Below, one piece after another: positions 1 through 12,330 of a stretch of DNA of 64,000 bases; position 1 is the first letter of the stretch; every line of letters begins with the position of its first letter. Both the position numbers and the translations under genes were made by a program. The notes below the pieces were generated by a model. The model was not told where the DNA came from. It did no database searches and worked only from the letters and a program-made list of their open reading frames with translations. Source of the DNA: Camelus dromedarius (lineage: Eukaryota); NCBI RefSeq assembly GCF_036321535.1, contig NC_087438.1, positions 1,676,001 to 1,740,000 on the forward strand. Reading direction: 5' to 3'.

Positions 1-378
1 GGAGCCGGGGGAGACTGGGCACGGCTTCCAGAGCCCTCACCCCGTGGGGTCACAGGGGACGCTGGATCCCCCCGCAGCGCACCGTGAGGACATGGATGCC
101 CCCTAGAGACTCAGGGCAGCGGTTCCAAGGGGGCTGGTCGCGAGGGCACCTGCGGCCGGGCACCTGCCGCAATCCCAGACTCCCAGCAGGCAGGCAGGAT
201 TCAGCCTAAGCCCCAGGATTTGGACAACAGTCTGGGCACAGTGAGGCCCGCTTACCAGTCAGGGCGGTGAGAATGCCCCATAAATCCGTCTCTCAGACGC
301 CAGCAGCGGGCCCGCCTTGCCAGCAGCCCTCGCTAACCCTAGCAGTCTCGGGCCGCTGGGCGCACGCGCTCATTTTCT
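1..378. mobile_element. MER21-like LTR fragment, truncated by the window edge
   Basis: Collinear matches to recalled MER21 blocks: agagactcag..gggggctggtc..cagactcccag..acagt.tgggcacagtgag..cagacgccagc..gccttgc.agcag..tagcagtctc. Strongly GC-shifted. Confidence 0.7.
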
Positions 379-677
379 TCAAGAGACTGGAGTCTGACAA
401 TCACCGTCCACGCAACGTGCCGCCTTAAGGGAAGGCCTGGGGGGCTCAGTCACACGCCGCAGGGCAGCCCCCGACAGTACGGCTCAGGGAAGGACAGACG
501 TCTTCGGAGGCAGGCTCACTGCTGTGTGGTCCCTTCACAGCCACCGTCCCAGAATTTGCAACAATATGAAAACGCAGCTCTATTGCAAATTAATGGATGC
601 CCCAGTATCCAGGAGTCCCCAGCGTAACACCTGAGTGGAAATACAAACTTCCTCAATGATATTTTTTAAAGAGCTGG

Positions 678-794
678 TTTTATTCTTTTGTTGTTTTTTT
701 GGGGGGGGTAATTCAGTTTATTTGTTTAATGGAGGTGCTGGGGATTGAGCCCAGCAGCTAAGCACATGCTCTGTCACTGAGCTACACCCTCCCC
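678..794 (-). mobile_element. tRNA-derived SINE, camelid Vic-1-like
   Basis: Reverse complement GGGGAGGGTGTAGCTCAGTG...GGCTCAATCCCCAGCACCTCC with A box, B box and A-rich tail; imperfect flanking repeat gatattttt..taaag. Confidence 0.85.
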
Positions 795-1949
795 TGCAAA
801 GATATTTTTCTAAAGGAGAAATCTCCCTGTCCTCAGGCCGCAGGCACAGACCCTGGGACGCCACACCGGTGGCAGTGATCTGCACGCAGACTGGGCCGTA
901 CTGCCACGTCAAAGACATTCCGGCAAAGTCTGAGCTTCACCACCACTGACTGTTACTTGTTTTACTGACTGTTCAGAATAAAAACCAACCATGATTCCCT
1001 CGCGTAGTGCCTCCCATGAGGCCCCCCCACGGCCACGGCCCTGTTCTCATTCCCTTGGCGAGAACCCGAGACCACGGGCAGACACAGGCAACGTCCCCAG
1101 CATCCCTCACGCACGTGACACAGGAGGCAGAGTGACATGGACCTACTTTGATGTCTTTGGAGTAGCCAAAAGATTAGCATAATTTGACAAGGCCGAAACC
1201 AGGAAAACGGAGATTGGTTAAGGAAGAATTTTAATAAAGACTGAAGCTAAGCCACGATTCTGGGTTTGCAATCCCCCAGCGTGGCTCACCGTTCAGTTAA
1301 AATGTGAGGAATACGGGGGCTGCTGCTGGGTCGGTAAAGGTCTGCACGCACGGGCGTGTCTTTATGGCTCACCTCCATGCAACGCGGCTTGAAAGCACTG
1401 TTTGTCATTTCTTCCCAAATCGACGCGAGGTCTCCAGCCATGAGATCGCAGGGACGGGATCTGGTTGGACACTCGCTGCAGAGTCACCCCGAGGTCCTCC
1501 GTGCGGGAGGCACAGACACGACCTGAGCAGCCGCACGTCTTGCTGAGAGCACCTCCGCTCTCCCGGGTTCGGCTGAGAAGCCCAGCACGTGCAGGGGGGC
1601 TGGGGCAGCCGCGGGGCAGCCCCCCTGCGGAAAAAGCCTCGCCCACCCTTGGCTGGGGAAGGCCACCTGAGGTTCAGTGACCTGAGCCACCGTGAAGAAG
1701 GCACCCTCCACCGCAGCCAGACTCCAGCACCTCTGAGCCCCAGCTGGCAGGCTCACGCGCGCAGCCCGGGGCGAGGGCACCTGCTCACCCCAGCGCGCCC
1801 TCACCCCTCGTCTGGACCCGCCGACGCGTGCACGGCGTCTGCGAGGGTGGCCCGCCCAGCTACTGTCATCATCCTGGGAGAAGTTGTTCCTCCACTAACT
1901 GGTGAACAAGTTACTGTGATTTAGCCAAAGTCTGCTGTCTCTAGCTTAA

Positions 1950-2155
1950 AGGCTCACAACGTTCTGAAGGCGCCACTGCTCTTTCTGCTGGGGCGGGCCC
2001 TGTCCCCACGGGAGCAGGGAGCTCATCTTCGGAGAGGACGGCGAGCACAGTCTGGTGGGTGTGAGGCGCACCCCTCGGGTCTTCCCTGTGGTTTTGCATA
2101 TTTGCAATTTGAAATATTTATACAGTAGGAAAACAAAAATGTTTTCTTAAAAACA
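1950..2155 (+). mobile_element. Ancient L1 (L1ME/MC-like) 3' end fragment
   Basis: ttttgcatatttgcaatttgaaatattt followed by an A-rich end. Confidence 0.4.
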
Positions 2156-2199
2156 TCTGCTTGCAGACCATAGGTTTCGGCCTCCTTTTCTGGCTGGAG

Positions 2200-3350
2200 A
2201 CAGAAGAGATTCAGGGGCTGCTGTCCAGGGCCTCCTGGCTGCAGGTGGGTCCCGGCAGGTGTTTGCTGGGGAGTAGGTCACCAGGTCCCCAGGCTGCACA
2301 AATGAACCCCATCAAACCATGTCGGCAGAGAGATCCGTCAGGAAGGCAGCCCTCTGCGCGTCGGCGCCGGCCGCTCCTGGAGCTGGAAGAAAAGCCGGTG
2401 GCTGGCTCAGAAAGGGACAGAACCTCGTGGAGAGGAGAGGCGGGGAAGCTCCGGACTCAGCGCCAGGCCGTGTCCTTGACGGAGGCTGAAGAGTCCTTCA
2501 AAATGCCAAGAGGTCAAGACGCTTGGTGAACAGGAGACCTTAACATCATGTGTTCCCCTGATCTCACGATGCGAAGCCGGCAGGTCCTCAGGGGGCCCCA
2601 ACAGAGCTCTCTTGCCTTTCGCACAGCTGTTGGCGACATTCAGGATTACGGTTTCCCTTCAAACTGGGTCCTTGAAAGATTACAATCAGCACAGCTTATC
2701 AGATGACCCCGGATGGGGATTCAGGATGAGGAGGAAAGAAAGAAATGTGGTTTTAAACTACTGACACTTTAGGGTTGTCCGTCACCAAAAAGTAACTTGG
2801 CTTACCACACGTGCTTGGAGAGCTGGTCCGGCAGTGGGACGCTGTCACGGCAGAAACCCTGAAGCACGCGGCCCTGATTGAGGGGAGCTTGTAAGGGTGC
2901 CAGCCCATCTGTGAAGGGTGAGATGCCTTATAGAACGCTCACCTGCAGCACTTGAGTGGCATGTAGCACGTCTGATAGACGGAAGAGCTCGCAGGGTGGC
3001 AGGTTAGCAGCATGAGCCAGTTTTTTTTTTTTTTTTTGACTGCATTTGACATAGTACTACAAGAAAGATGTGAGTTCAGAAAAAAAAATGAGGAATAGAG
3101 ATTAGAGTCCAGAAATGAAGGGGCTTTCAGAATTGGAAGGTACAGTTTGCTTCTCATCAAGGCATGGCCACCAAGCCCTTTGTTAGAACTGCTGAATAGA
3201 TGAGGGTACCGCGGAGCAAAGCCACGTTCCGATGGGACAGAATGTCTCAGGCGCACGACTGAAGGTGTGTCTCTTCCGTCAGAGCCAGACAGGCTCAAGG
3301 AGACGGACAGACAGAGCCCCAGACAGAGAACTGACCTGGGGGGCAAAAGA
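2200..3350 (+). mobile_element. MaLR (MLT1-type) LTR followed by degenerate internal region
   Basis: LTR 3' signature aagaaatgtggttttaaactactgacactttagggttg (~2740-2790), then MLT1-int-like actgcatttgacatagtactacaagaaagatgtgagttcagaaaa. Confidence 0.55.
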
Positions 3351-3477
3351 GCAAAGGCAGAACTGCTCTAAGTCGGTAGGAAATTAGCACAGAGACCCGC
3401 CTAGAATCAGAGGTAAGAAATCCATTGTTTTCTGTGCTCCGTTTTTGTCCTGTTTCTTTAACTTTGGTAGGCTATAG

Positions 3478-5100
3478 ATGATATTTGGCATTTTAACCGC
3501 TTTCACATGTACAGTTAGTGGCTTTACGTACATTTACGTCATTGAGCTGAGTCACCACCACCCCTCCCCAGAGCTTTTTCATCGTCCAAAACTGACGCTG
3601 AGCTCACGACACGCTGATTCCTCATCCTCTCTCCCCAAGCCTCTGGCAACCACCATTCTTCTTTCTGTCTCAATGAACTTGACAATTCTTACAGATGAAA
3701 TCATACAGCATTTTTTGTTTTTTTTTAAATATGGCTTTAATTGAAGTATAATCAGTTACAGTGTGTCCATTTCTGGTGCACAGCATCATGTTTCAGTCAT
3801 ACATGGCCGTACATATATTCCTTTTCAGACTCTTTTTCATTATCAGTTACTACAAGGTACTGAATACGGTTCCCTATGCTCTACAGTGGAAACATGTTGT
3901 TTATCCATATTACATATAGCAGTTATTATCTGCAAGTCTCGAACTCCCAATTTATACTCCCACCCGCTTGCCCCCCGGGTAACCATGAGCTTGTGTTCTG
4001 TGTCTGTGAGCCTGTCTCTGTTTTGAAAATAAGCTCATCTGTGTCATTTTTTTTTAGATTCCACAGATAAGTGATGTCATGTGGTGTTTGTCTTTCTCTG
4101 TCTGACTTACTTCACTAAGTGTGATGATCATCCGTGTTGCTGCAAATGACATTATTTTACTCTTTTTCATGGCTGAGTAGTATTCCATTATATGTAATAT
4201 TTTTATGTATATATATCTCTCACAACTTCTTTATAATCATCTTTCAATTGACATTTTGATTCCATGTCTGGCTATTGTAAACAGTGCTGCTATGAACACT
4301 GGGGTCAATGTGTATTTTCAAACTAGAGCTTCCTCTAGACACATGACCAGGAGTGGGATTGCTGGGTCAGGAAGCAGACGGGTATTTATCCTTTTGAGAA
4401 CAGCTTATTTAACATAACGCCTTCACGGCTGATCAGTGTTGCAGCATGTGTCAGAGTTTATTTTTAAGACAAACGTATCCTGCCGTATGGATGGACCATG
4501 GTTTGTTGATCCATCCACCTCTCAGTGGGTACTTGGGATGCTCCCACATTTTGGCTGTGCTGCTTTGAACACGGTGCACAGATATGGCTTCTGATCTTTG
4601 TTTTCAATTATTTTGAGCATCCAGCCAGGAGTAGAATAGCTGGGTCACATGGTCGTTTTAATTTCCACTTTTTGAGAAACTGCCACACTGTTTTCCACAG
4701 TGGCCACAGCATTTTACATCCTCACCAACCAGGCACAAGGAATCCAACTTGCCTACATCCTTGTCAACACTTTGTTATTTTCTAGAATTTTTTGGTGGAA
4801 GCCATTTTAATGAGTCTGAAGTAATATCTCATTGTGGTTTCAGTTTGCATTTCCCTAGTGATTAGTGACACTGAACATCTTCTCATGTGCTTATTGGCCG
4901 TGTGTATATCTTCTTTGGAGAAACGTCTGTCCAAGTCCCTTGTCATTCTGTAATCAAATCATCTGTTTCTTTGCTGTTGAGCAGTATGTGTTCTTTACAC
5001 ATTCTAGATATTAACCCTTTGTCAGATATGTGATTTGCAGATATTTTATTCCATTCTGTGGCTTGCCTTTTTACTCTATCTTTTTATTCTGTGCCCTTTG
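3478..5100 (-). mobile_element. Old L1MB-like 3' fragment (3478-3710 and ~4380-5100), split by a younger L1
   Basis: Typical antisense L1 text: ctggcaaccaccattct.ctttctgtctc; tttgagaaactgccacactgttttccacagtggc; tctcattgtggttt..tttgcatttccct; tcttctttggagaaacgtctg. Confidence 0.85.
3711..4372 (-). mobile_element. Younger artiodactyl/camelid-type L1 3' end nested in the older L1
   Basis: Starts with a T-rich (antisense poly-A) tract; ttaattgaagtata..ttacag, gttccctatgctctacagt, tagattccacagataagtga, gagtgggattgctgggtca. Confidence 0.85.
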
Positions 5101-5690
5101 ATAAACACGAAAACTTTATCAGGCTTTAAAGCTAATTGTCCTTTCAAAGAAACTAGAAACGAAGAGGAAAGGGCTGTAGAAAGCACCTGAGATTGCGCAC
5201 GAGACTCTGCATGTAAAGCACCTACCAAGCTGGTCTGATGGGTGTTAGTTTTAGTGTATCTTTATTCTAATAATAAAGCCATTGCTCTAAAAGTTTCTTT
5301 TAGAAGAACTTTTTAAAAAATTTCCTTTTGGAATCATTTTATAAAACACATGTTTAAAATTGCAAGGATAATCGGCCTCATTATTCATAAACACATTTTA
5401 TTTTAAGACACCAAATAAAACAGTACTGCTCTCTTGGTTATGGATTTTGCATTTAAATTTTCTTCACCTGCTAAGTGTTAGGAGACTTTGGGCTGGTTCT
5501 ACATAGTAAATCAACTCCCAGCCAGAGAATGTTTGCTGGCACTGAAGGACATACAACCATAATACGATGTACATTCTGACTATTCTGACCTTCAGTACCA
5601 CAGCTTAAAATGGGCCTTGGGTTTAATGTGCCTTCCCATTGGAAACATCTTTCTTAAGAGAGAAAAATATAAATTTAAAAGCATAATTCA

Positions 5691-5790
5691 GGGGTGTATA
5701 GCTCAGTGGTAGAGCGCATGCTTAGCATATGTGAGGGCCTGGATTCAATCCCCAGTAAAAAAATAATAAATAAATAAAATAAAAATAAAG
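5691..5790 (+). mobile_element. tRNA-derived SINE (Vic-1-like) with a perfect 10-bp TSD
   Basis: GGGGTGTATAGCTCAGTGGTAGAGCGCATGCTTAGC...GGATTCAATCCCCAGT plus A tail; GCATAATTCA at 5681-5690 and 5791-5800; TTAAAA L1-endonuclease motif at 5675-5680. Confidence 0.92.
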
Positions 5791-8700
5791 GCATAATTCA
5801 TGGATGGTCAATGAGCACACAGCAGCCTTCTCACTCACCTTGTAGAACTCACAAAACTCTACTGATCCTCAGTGCTATAACCGCGGTGTTGACACCCTCT
5901 GGTCTTCTGATGAGCCTGGCCACGGGCCATGTCTTTCTTCTTCCATCCTCTCTGCAGCTGAGTCACACAGCCAGCGTCACCCACCATCACCATCTGCAGG
6001 ATTACATGACCAGCCAGATAGATGGATGGAGGGCTTCAGAAACCCAAAGGTGATTTTGACGCTGCGCCACTGTTGAGCTGATGACTGGCATCCTCTGTCA
6101 GCGGCAAAGCTCTGTAGCAACCTAAGAAGGAGAGAGAGTTATTCATTTATTCAACCAATAACTTCCAATCTGGCAAGTGTTCCATCCTGGAAATTCAGTG
6201 TGCCTGGATAAACAGCGATCCGGTCAACCTGACGACTACGTATGTTGCTATGGGTGCCAAGGCCCGTGCCCTTCTCCTTGCCGAACTGCTGCGCACCTGG
6301 ACGGGTCCCGTTTGTGTCTGTTGTCTGAAGATGGATCGTTTTGACTGGTTGAGATCACCCAGCCAATCACTCAGTTATGGGCTTCCTCCAAGACGCTTTG
6401 CATAACTCAATCCAAAATCACAGCAAAGAGCGAAGTTCTAACAAGCCGATTATTGGATCTGTGTTTTCTTGCAGAAGTACTGCCGCGTTAGCTTCGGTGC
6501 TTCTATTTTCGTTTTGTCCTAAGCTCCAATCCTTCAATAATGATACACTGTGAGCAAGTAACTGGCGTGATTTGAGCAATGACACAGGACTCTCAGCCAA
6601 AACAAATTCAGACAAAGAAATGAAAGTCTGCCTCTTTGAAATGCTCTGAGTGCCCAAAGCCAGTGGTGCACATAATTATAAAATCCAAAGCCAGTGCATT
6701 CCTCAGCCGGCTCCACATCACAAAATCACCAAAAGCCAAGGAAGAACCAGATGGATGCCGGAGCCACATCTCACGTGGCGTGATGTTCTCAGGGTGGCAG
6801 ATCAAAGAGCATCTTTGGTAATGAAACTTAGCTTAAGCGGGAGCTGGCGAACAGACTTTGAGTAAAAGTTGATGAATGAGACGGTTCTTCTGGAAGTGAC
6901 TCCAGAACCTGTTTATTTTTCATCCGTTTCCAATGGACAGAAGCACGCTTAGGGAGATCCGTACATTATTCCTGCCTGGACACTGAGTAACAACTGGGTT
7001 TCATTCCATTTACAGCCGAGGTGGAAACTTGACCCCACAGCCGGCGAGCGAGCGGTGGCGGGTGACTCCCAGGTGCCGCTCAGCCACGCGGTTTCCGGGA
7101 GTCCGGGAGCAAAGGCAGGCAGCGAGAAGAAGGCGGTGCGTGGGGGCTCCGGGCGGCCAGGGACCATGCTTGGGACGGCTCATTTCCCTTCTGAGGTTGC
7201 CTCTCTCCGTGGTTTGGAGGAGAGAACGCCCTTTCCTTCACACAGCGTAGTGATACGTTGGAGTCCTAGCTGTGCTTCTTGTATATTTTTCACGGCCTTT
7301 TCGGCTTAAATAGAAGCTGGCAACCTTTCACGCAGCCCACAGTACATTTATTTTAATGGCTGGTTCTTAAAAATGTATAGGTTTCAATCCGTTCTCGCAG
7401 AAAACAGTTTAGACTGTGGAGCAAGAGGGTGGCGTGGAGTAAAGCGGGCGGAGGAGACAGCGGCGCGAGGGGGCGGGGGGGGGCGGGCTGCTGGGGCGAG
7501 GCCACGTCGCGTGGGCTCAGACTTTACGGACCGGAGGCTCTCGCTGGACCATTTGCATCTCCGCCCCAGGCCAGCCCAACAGTTTGTTCCAAACACGGTC
7601 GTGCAGCGCCTGGTGGGGAACAGCCATGGTTTGGAGAGACTACGGAGCAAATTCTAGGACATGGCTTCAAACAGATGACGAGATCTTGCAGAGGGAAGAC
7701 ATCCCTGTTGACGTGGAGTGAAGACCAGCACGGATGCCCACAGACGTCACACCCCAGGCCGTGGCCTTGTCCGGCCGAAGGTGCACGAGTCCGAGGGACC
7801 AGGTGCTGACAGAGCGGCTGGAAAGCCGACCAACCCCACCAGCGAAGACGCGGCTGCGTGCCTGCTGTGGCGCTTCCGCTCGGCCCCGCAGACAGCCTGC
7901 CCCGTTACAGCAGCCGTGGCAGAGTCGGCAGACACAACACAGAGTGGGGCTTCAAAATGAGCAGCTTCCAAACTCCAGATCCAGACCTCCTTAGAAGGCC
8001 TTGTGGTCTGACTCTGTGGCTCGCAGCTTGGAGGACTGGTGGGTGCCTTGACGGACATGCAGAGGCTCACGCCGGAGACCAGCTGGGCTCACCAGGCTCT
8101 GCGGCAGAGCAGACCGTGTGCAGTGAGCTCGCTCATACCATCACGCTGCTTAGATGCCCAAATTCTGTGTTAGATTGTGCTGAGGATTTAAGAGAAGGGA
8201 AGGGTGGGTTACCCAGAAAAGGCTCAGCAGAACGAGGGTTTTGGAGCCTCAGTCTCCCGGTTTTACCCCCAGGTCGTGTCATCAAAGAAGTCACACAGGT
8301 CATGGAGTTACCAAGGAAGGTGCCTAGCCCTCTGCTCAGCCCAGCACGGCTGCAGATGGGAACCTTGAAGACGAGGGGCCGGGGGCCTGGCCTCTGCAGG
8401 GACAGCCAGGGTCACACAGAGAGCAGAGATCTCCCCAGCCTCACAAAGTGGGGGGGGGGCGGCCAAGGACCGTGCTCTGGGGAAGCTCCCGCCTCATTAG
8501 CCAGAGGTCCTTTCTCCCTGGCAGCTGGAAGGAAGCCCATCCCTGGCACCCTGCTTACAAGAGGGGCTTCTGACGGGCTCAGCGAGATCGAGGACACTTT
8601 GTTCAAACAAGTCCTTTGCGTGTTGTCTCCCAGACACAGTTCCTTTTTTTTTTTTTTTTTTTTTTTTCCCAAATGAGCTGATGGAAATCAGAAAGCAGAA

Positions 8701-8943
8701 AAAGTGCACAGAAGTTCCAGCACCCACCTCCTCCCCGGTCCCCAGCGGCCCCGCCCTCTCGTCTCCTCCTCCCCCAGTTCTCACCCTTCAGAGACGCTGA
8801 TGTCTTTTCCTGTGGACTCAGAACCCCTCCCACTCTTCCCGGAGCAAGACGGGGCAGAACGAAAGAGTAAATTTTGCTCTGCAAATCTGATTTAGAATTT
8901 TCAAGTTTTAAAAAAGTGCTATATGTTTATCAAAAGTAATACA

Positions 8944-9062
8944 CGGCACGGTATATCTCAGTGGTAGAGTGCATGCTTAGCATGCATGAGGTCCTGCGTT
9001 CAATCTCCAGTACCTCCAAAAAAAAAAAAATAAACTTTTAAAAAGTAAAAAAAAAAAAAAAA
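8944..9062 (+). mobile_element. tRNA-derived SINE (Vic-1-like)
   Basis: GGTATATCTCAGTGGTAGAGTGCATGCTTAGCATGCATGAGGTCCTGCGTTCAATCTCCAGTACCTCC plus poly-A. Confidence 0.9.
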
Positions 9063-9281
9063 GAAATACCTAACTACTGTATATAAAATAGATAAACAAG
9101 AAGTTTTTACTGTAGAGCACAGGGAACTATATTCAGTATCTTGTAGTGGCCTATAATGAAAAAGAACATGGAAATCAATATACGTGTATATGTATATGCA
9201 TGACTGAAACTTGATGCTGTGCACCAGAAACTGACACAACATTGTAATTGACTATACCTTCATTTTAAAAATTTTTCCAAA
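9063..9281 (+). mobile_element. 5'-truncated L1 3' end directly after the SINE
   Basis: tatataaaatagataaacaag..tactgtagagcacagggaactatattcagtatcttgt..gctgtgcaccagaaactgacacaacattgtaa; the same family as 3711-4372 in opposite orientation. Confidence 0.85.
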
Positions 9282-9339
9282 AAAAGTAACACAGATAATA
9301 ATAATCAGATGGTGACTAAGAAGAAAGGGGAAATCATCC

Positions 9340-9836
9340 TTTTAGCGAATGTGTACATTTTGGATTTAAATACATCTTGTTAATTTCCTCCAGAAAACCT
9401 GCATCCTGGGCTGTGACCTGACGCTGTGGACAGTGCCCACCTGGTTGTCCCCGTTAGTGAAATGTTTGCCAGTTTGAAAACACGGACTTTTCGTTTCCAC
9501 GTCACCGGCACTTCCTGCCGTCAGCGCGCAGCAGAGCTTCGGTGGGTCTGAGGCCCCAGGCGTGGCGGCTGCTCCTCCTACGTCTGGTCTCGAATTGCTG
9601 AGTGTGTATCCCCTTCTCAGTTTGCCTTAAATGTCGTATTTTTTTCATTTTATCATTTCCTCTCTCTTGATGTTTGTTCTTTTTTGCCCTGGGAAGACTT
9701 TACATTTTTATTAGTCAAGTTTTTCATTCCTTGTCAGAATAATTTCAATCCATATTTAGGAAGCTCTCCTCGAAAACCAGAGCAACCTAACGAAAATGCC
9801 CTTAATTTTCTCCCTAAACTTCTGTGGTTTGTTTGT

Positions 9837-9871
<35 letters not shown>

Positions 9872-10220
9872 TTTGTTTGTTGTATCTGAATGTTTTTACC
9901 CACCTTAAATTTATTTTCGTGTAAGATGCATAGTTATATTTTATGAGATGAATTTTTACATTAAGATTTTTCTATTTGAGGTATTTCTTTTTCCCAAATG
10001 TGTAGCCAAGAGTTTCATCATGGAGTAAATACCCCATGATTTTCTGGTCATGTTTTCTGGCCTCCTTTGTAATTTGTCAGCTGCCACTCTGTTTTTTATC
10101 TTTCCTCGGACAAGGAATTCAATTCCATTCTTTGTTCTGTTTTTTCCTAGACTAGCACTCGGTGATTTTAATCACTGGAAGTCTTTCGTAAAGTAATATG
10201 AATAACTCTCAAAGAATTGT
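9340..10220 (-). mobile_element. Highly decayed antisense L1M fragments
   Basis: T-rich L1-like text such as ttaaatttattttcgtgtaag and ttttcccaaatgtgtagcca. Confidence 0.45.
9826..9880. repeat. (TTTG)/(TTTA)n microsatellite
   Basis: Read directly. Confidence 0.9.
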
Positions 10221-12049
10221 TCTTAAAATAAGTCGTCTACAGATAAAACTAGGTAATGACTAATGCAGAAGCAGACTAAGCCAGTAACAGGAGAGTGCAA
10301 GAGGAGCGTCGGCACCCGCAAGCCGGAAGGAGACGCGGGAGCCAGGGCTGTCAGAGGCATGTTGACACAAAGGCGGGCGAGATCAGCGACACCGAGGACA
10401 GGATCCGACTCCACGGAGAGCGCCGAGGATCTGAGTCAGCGAGGCGACGTCACGGGGCAGCTGCGATGCCGTGCACCTCGGGTTGGCAAACCGACTCCAC
10501 CTGTGCTGGGTGGGCAAGTCCTGGATTAACACAGCCTCTAGTGGAGAAGACTGAGGGCCTTCACCCACCGCAATTGCAGCAGCAGCCATCAGGGCCAGTT
10601 CGGGCAGCAGCAATGGAATTAGCGTCTCCACGACGGACAGGAGTCACGCAAGTCAAGTCCCACTCCGTGCTGAGCACCCCTGCTCCCCCACAACTCCTCC
10701 ACACTGGACGCCCAAACCGCAGCCCCTTGGGGAGGGGACTCAATACATATTTTTGGAAGTGATAATCTCTGTCTTAAGATTAGCACTTGCTGACAAGTAT
10801 TTGTGATTTTAGCATGTTCTCTCAAAACTATGTTTTAGAAAAATAACCCTTTTACCAACCAAAACTATGACATTTTAATAAGGAGACCACTACCCACTAT
10901 CTAAATACCTTTTCAAAAGTTGTTCCTAAGGATATTCCGTCTTCATTTGCATCACAGAGGCTGAATGCAGGTGGAAGGGAGCAGAGGCATTCTTACCTTC
11001 CACGACAGTGGAGCGCAGGCAGCTTCTCAGGAACGACACGTATCTCAAAAGTTACAATTTAATTGGCAGCACAAAATGTTACAGTTGATAATGAAATAGA
11101 AGACACTACAGAAAAAAAGGAAAGTGGTAAGAATATAAATCTGGAAACACATCTGAATCTCTAGAAAATAAAAGAGAGAGACTAAAGCAATTTCCCCCCT
11201 TGGTTTGAAAAAGGGATTTAGTTTAGGAAACAAAAAGAGATAAAGGGAAAAAGGAAGAGGAGCAGGAAGTGGAGAAACAGGGAAAGAAGGATCACACTGG
11301 TCTCTGGAAATGCCAAGAAGTGGATGCTTAACCAGGGAAATACCAAATGAAATAACTGCTCCAGCTTTTCAAGACCCCTCTATGCTCAGCATCCTGAGCC
11401 TGGGTCCACGTCTGCAGGCATCCCAGAGGGTGAGCTGCCCTCAGTCCCAGCTCCACAGCCAGGGAGGGAGGCCCAGGGGTTAGAGCAGCCTCGTGCCCCC
11501 ACAGCGCCCACCGGCCCCGGGAGGAAGAGGAGTCGTACCCAGTGTTGAGTTGAAGCCTGAACCTGCTCCTGGAATCAGCTTCAGGGACGTCAGCTGCATG
11601 AAAAGGACCAGCTGAGCTGCTTCTGGCTCGGCCTGGGGACCTCACCCCGTGCAGAGCGCTGTGCTTTGGGACTTGCAAATGGACTTCTGCAGTCCACGCC
11701 ATTCGTACGCTGAAGACTGCTCCTCTTTGCCACAGACGTCTTTGCCCGCTCCTGGGATGACAAAGGTAGCCGCTGTGAAAGCCGCCTTCGCTGTGAGCCC
11801 CGTTGATCCAAGTACTCCCTCTGAGAGCCCGGGGCTGGGGCCTTTGGAGCAGAGGTCCTCGGACCTTCTGGGGCTGCGTCTGCTCTGACTCCTCCTGCTG
11901 GCTGTGGGTGCCTTAAAGCCTTTCACCCAGACATCAAAGTGCAGACACAAATACGGTCCATCTGAGATAAAGTCACACAATAAGCAGAGCCACGTGCTCA
12001 CTCCGGCCCAGACTTGTCATTATTTCAGCCAAGTCCACACTCCTCTCAG

Positions 12050-12330
12050 CTCCGCTGCTCAGAGGCTTGAGGTGACTGATAAAAGTAACGCAGTTGCTCG
12101 CTTACTTGTCCAAACACAGTGTGGAAAGTGTCAGGTTGTACTGCAACGTATAATTGCCACGAAAGTACATGTATGTCAAGTAAACAGTTATAGATAAAAG
12201 AAAGTCATTGTTCGGAAGATGGATTAATTAGTATTTAATTGCTATAAGTTGCAATTAATTCATTAATATTAGGAATGCAAGCTTGTAACAAATTAGTGAG
12301 GAACAAAAGAAGGCAACAAGGAACGTTGGC
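12050..12330. promoter_or_regulatory. Candidate developmental enhancer
   Basis: Non-repetitive AT-rich island in GC-rich surroundings, with clustered homeodomain, FOX, SOX, GATA and TEAD-type motifs. Confidence 0.55.

Noticed and set aside
5691..5756. tRNA genes here and at 730-794 and 8944-9017
   Set aside because: They have A/B boxes but also A-rich tails, target-site duplications and imperfect stems, so they are SINEs.
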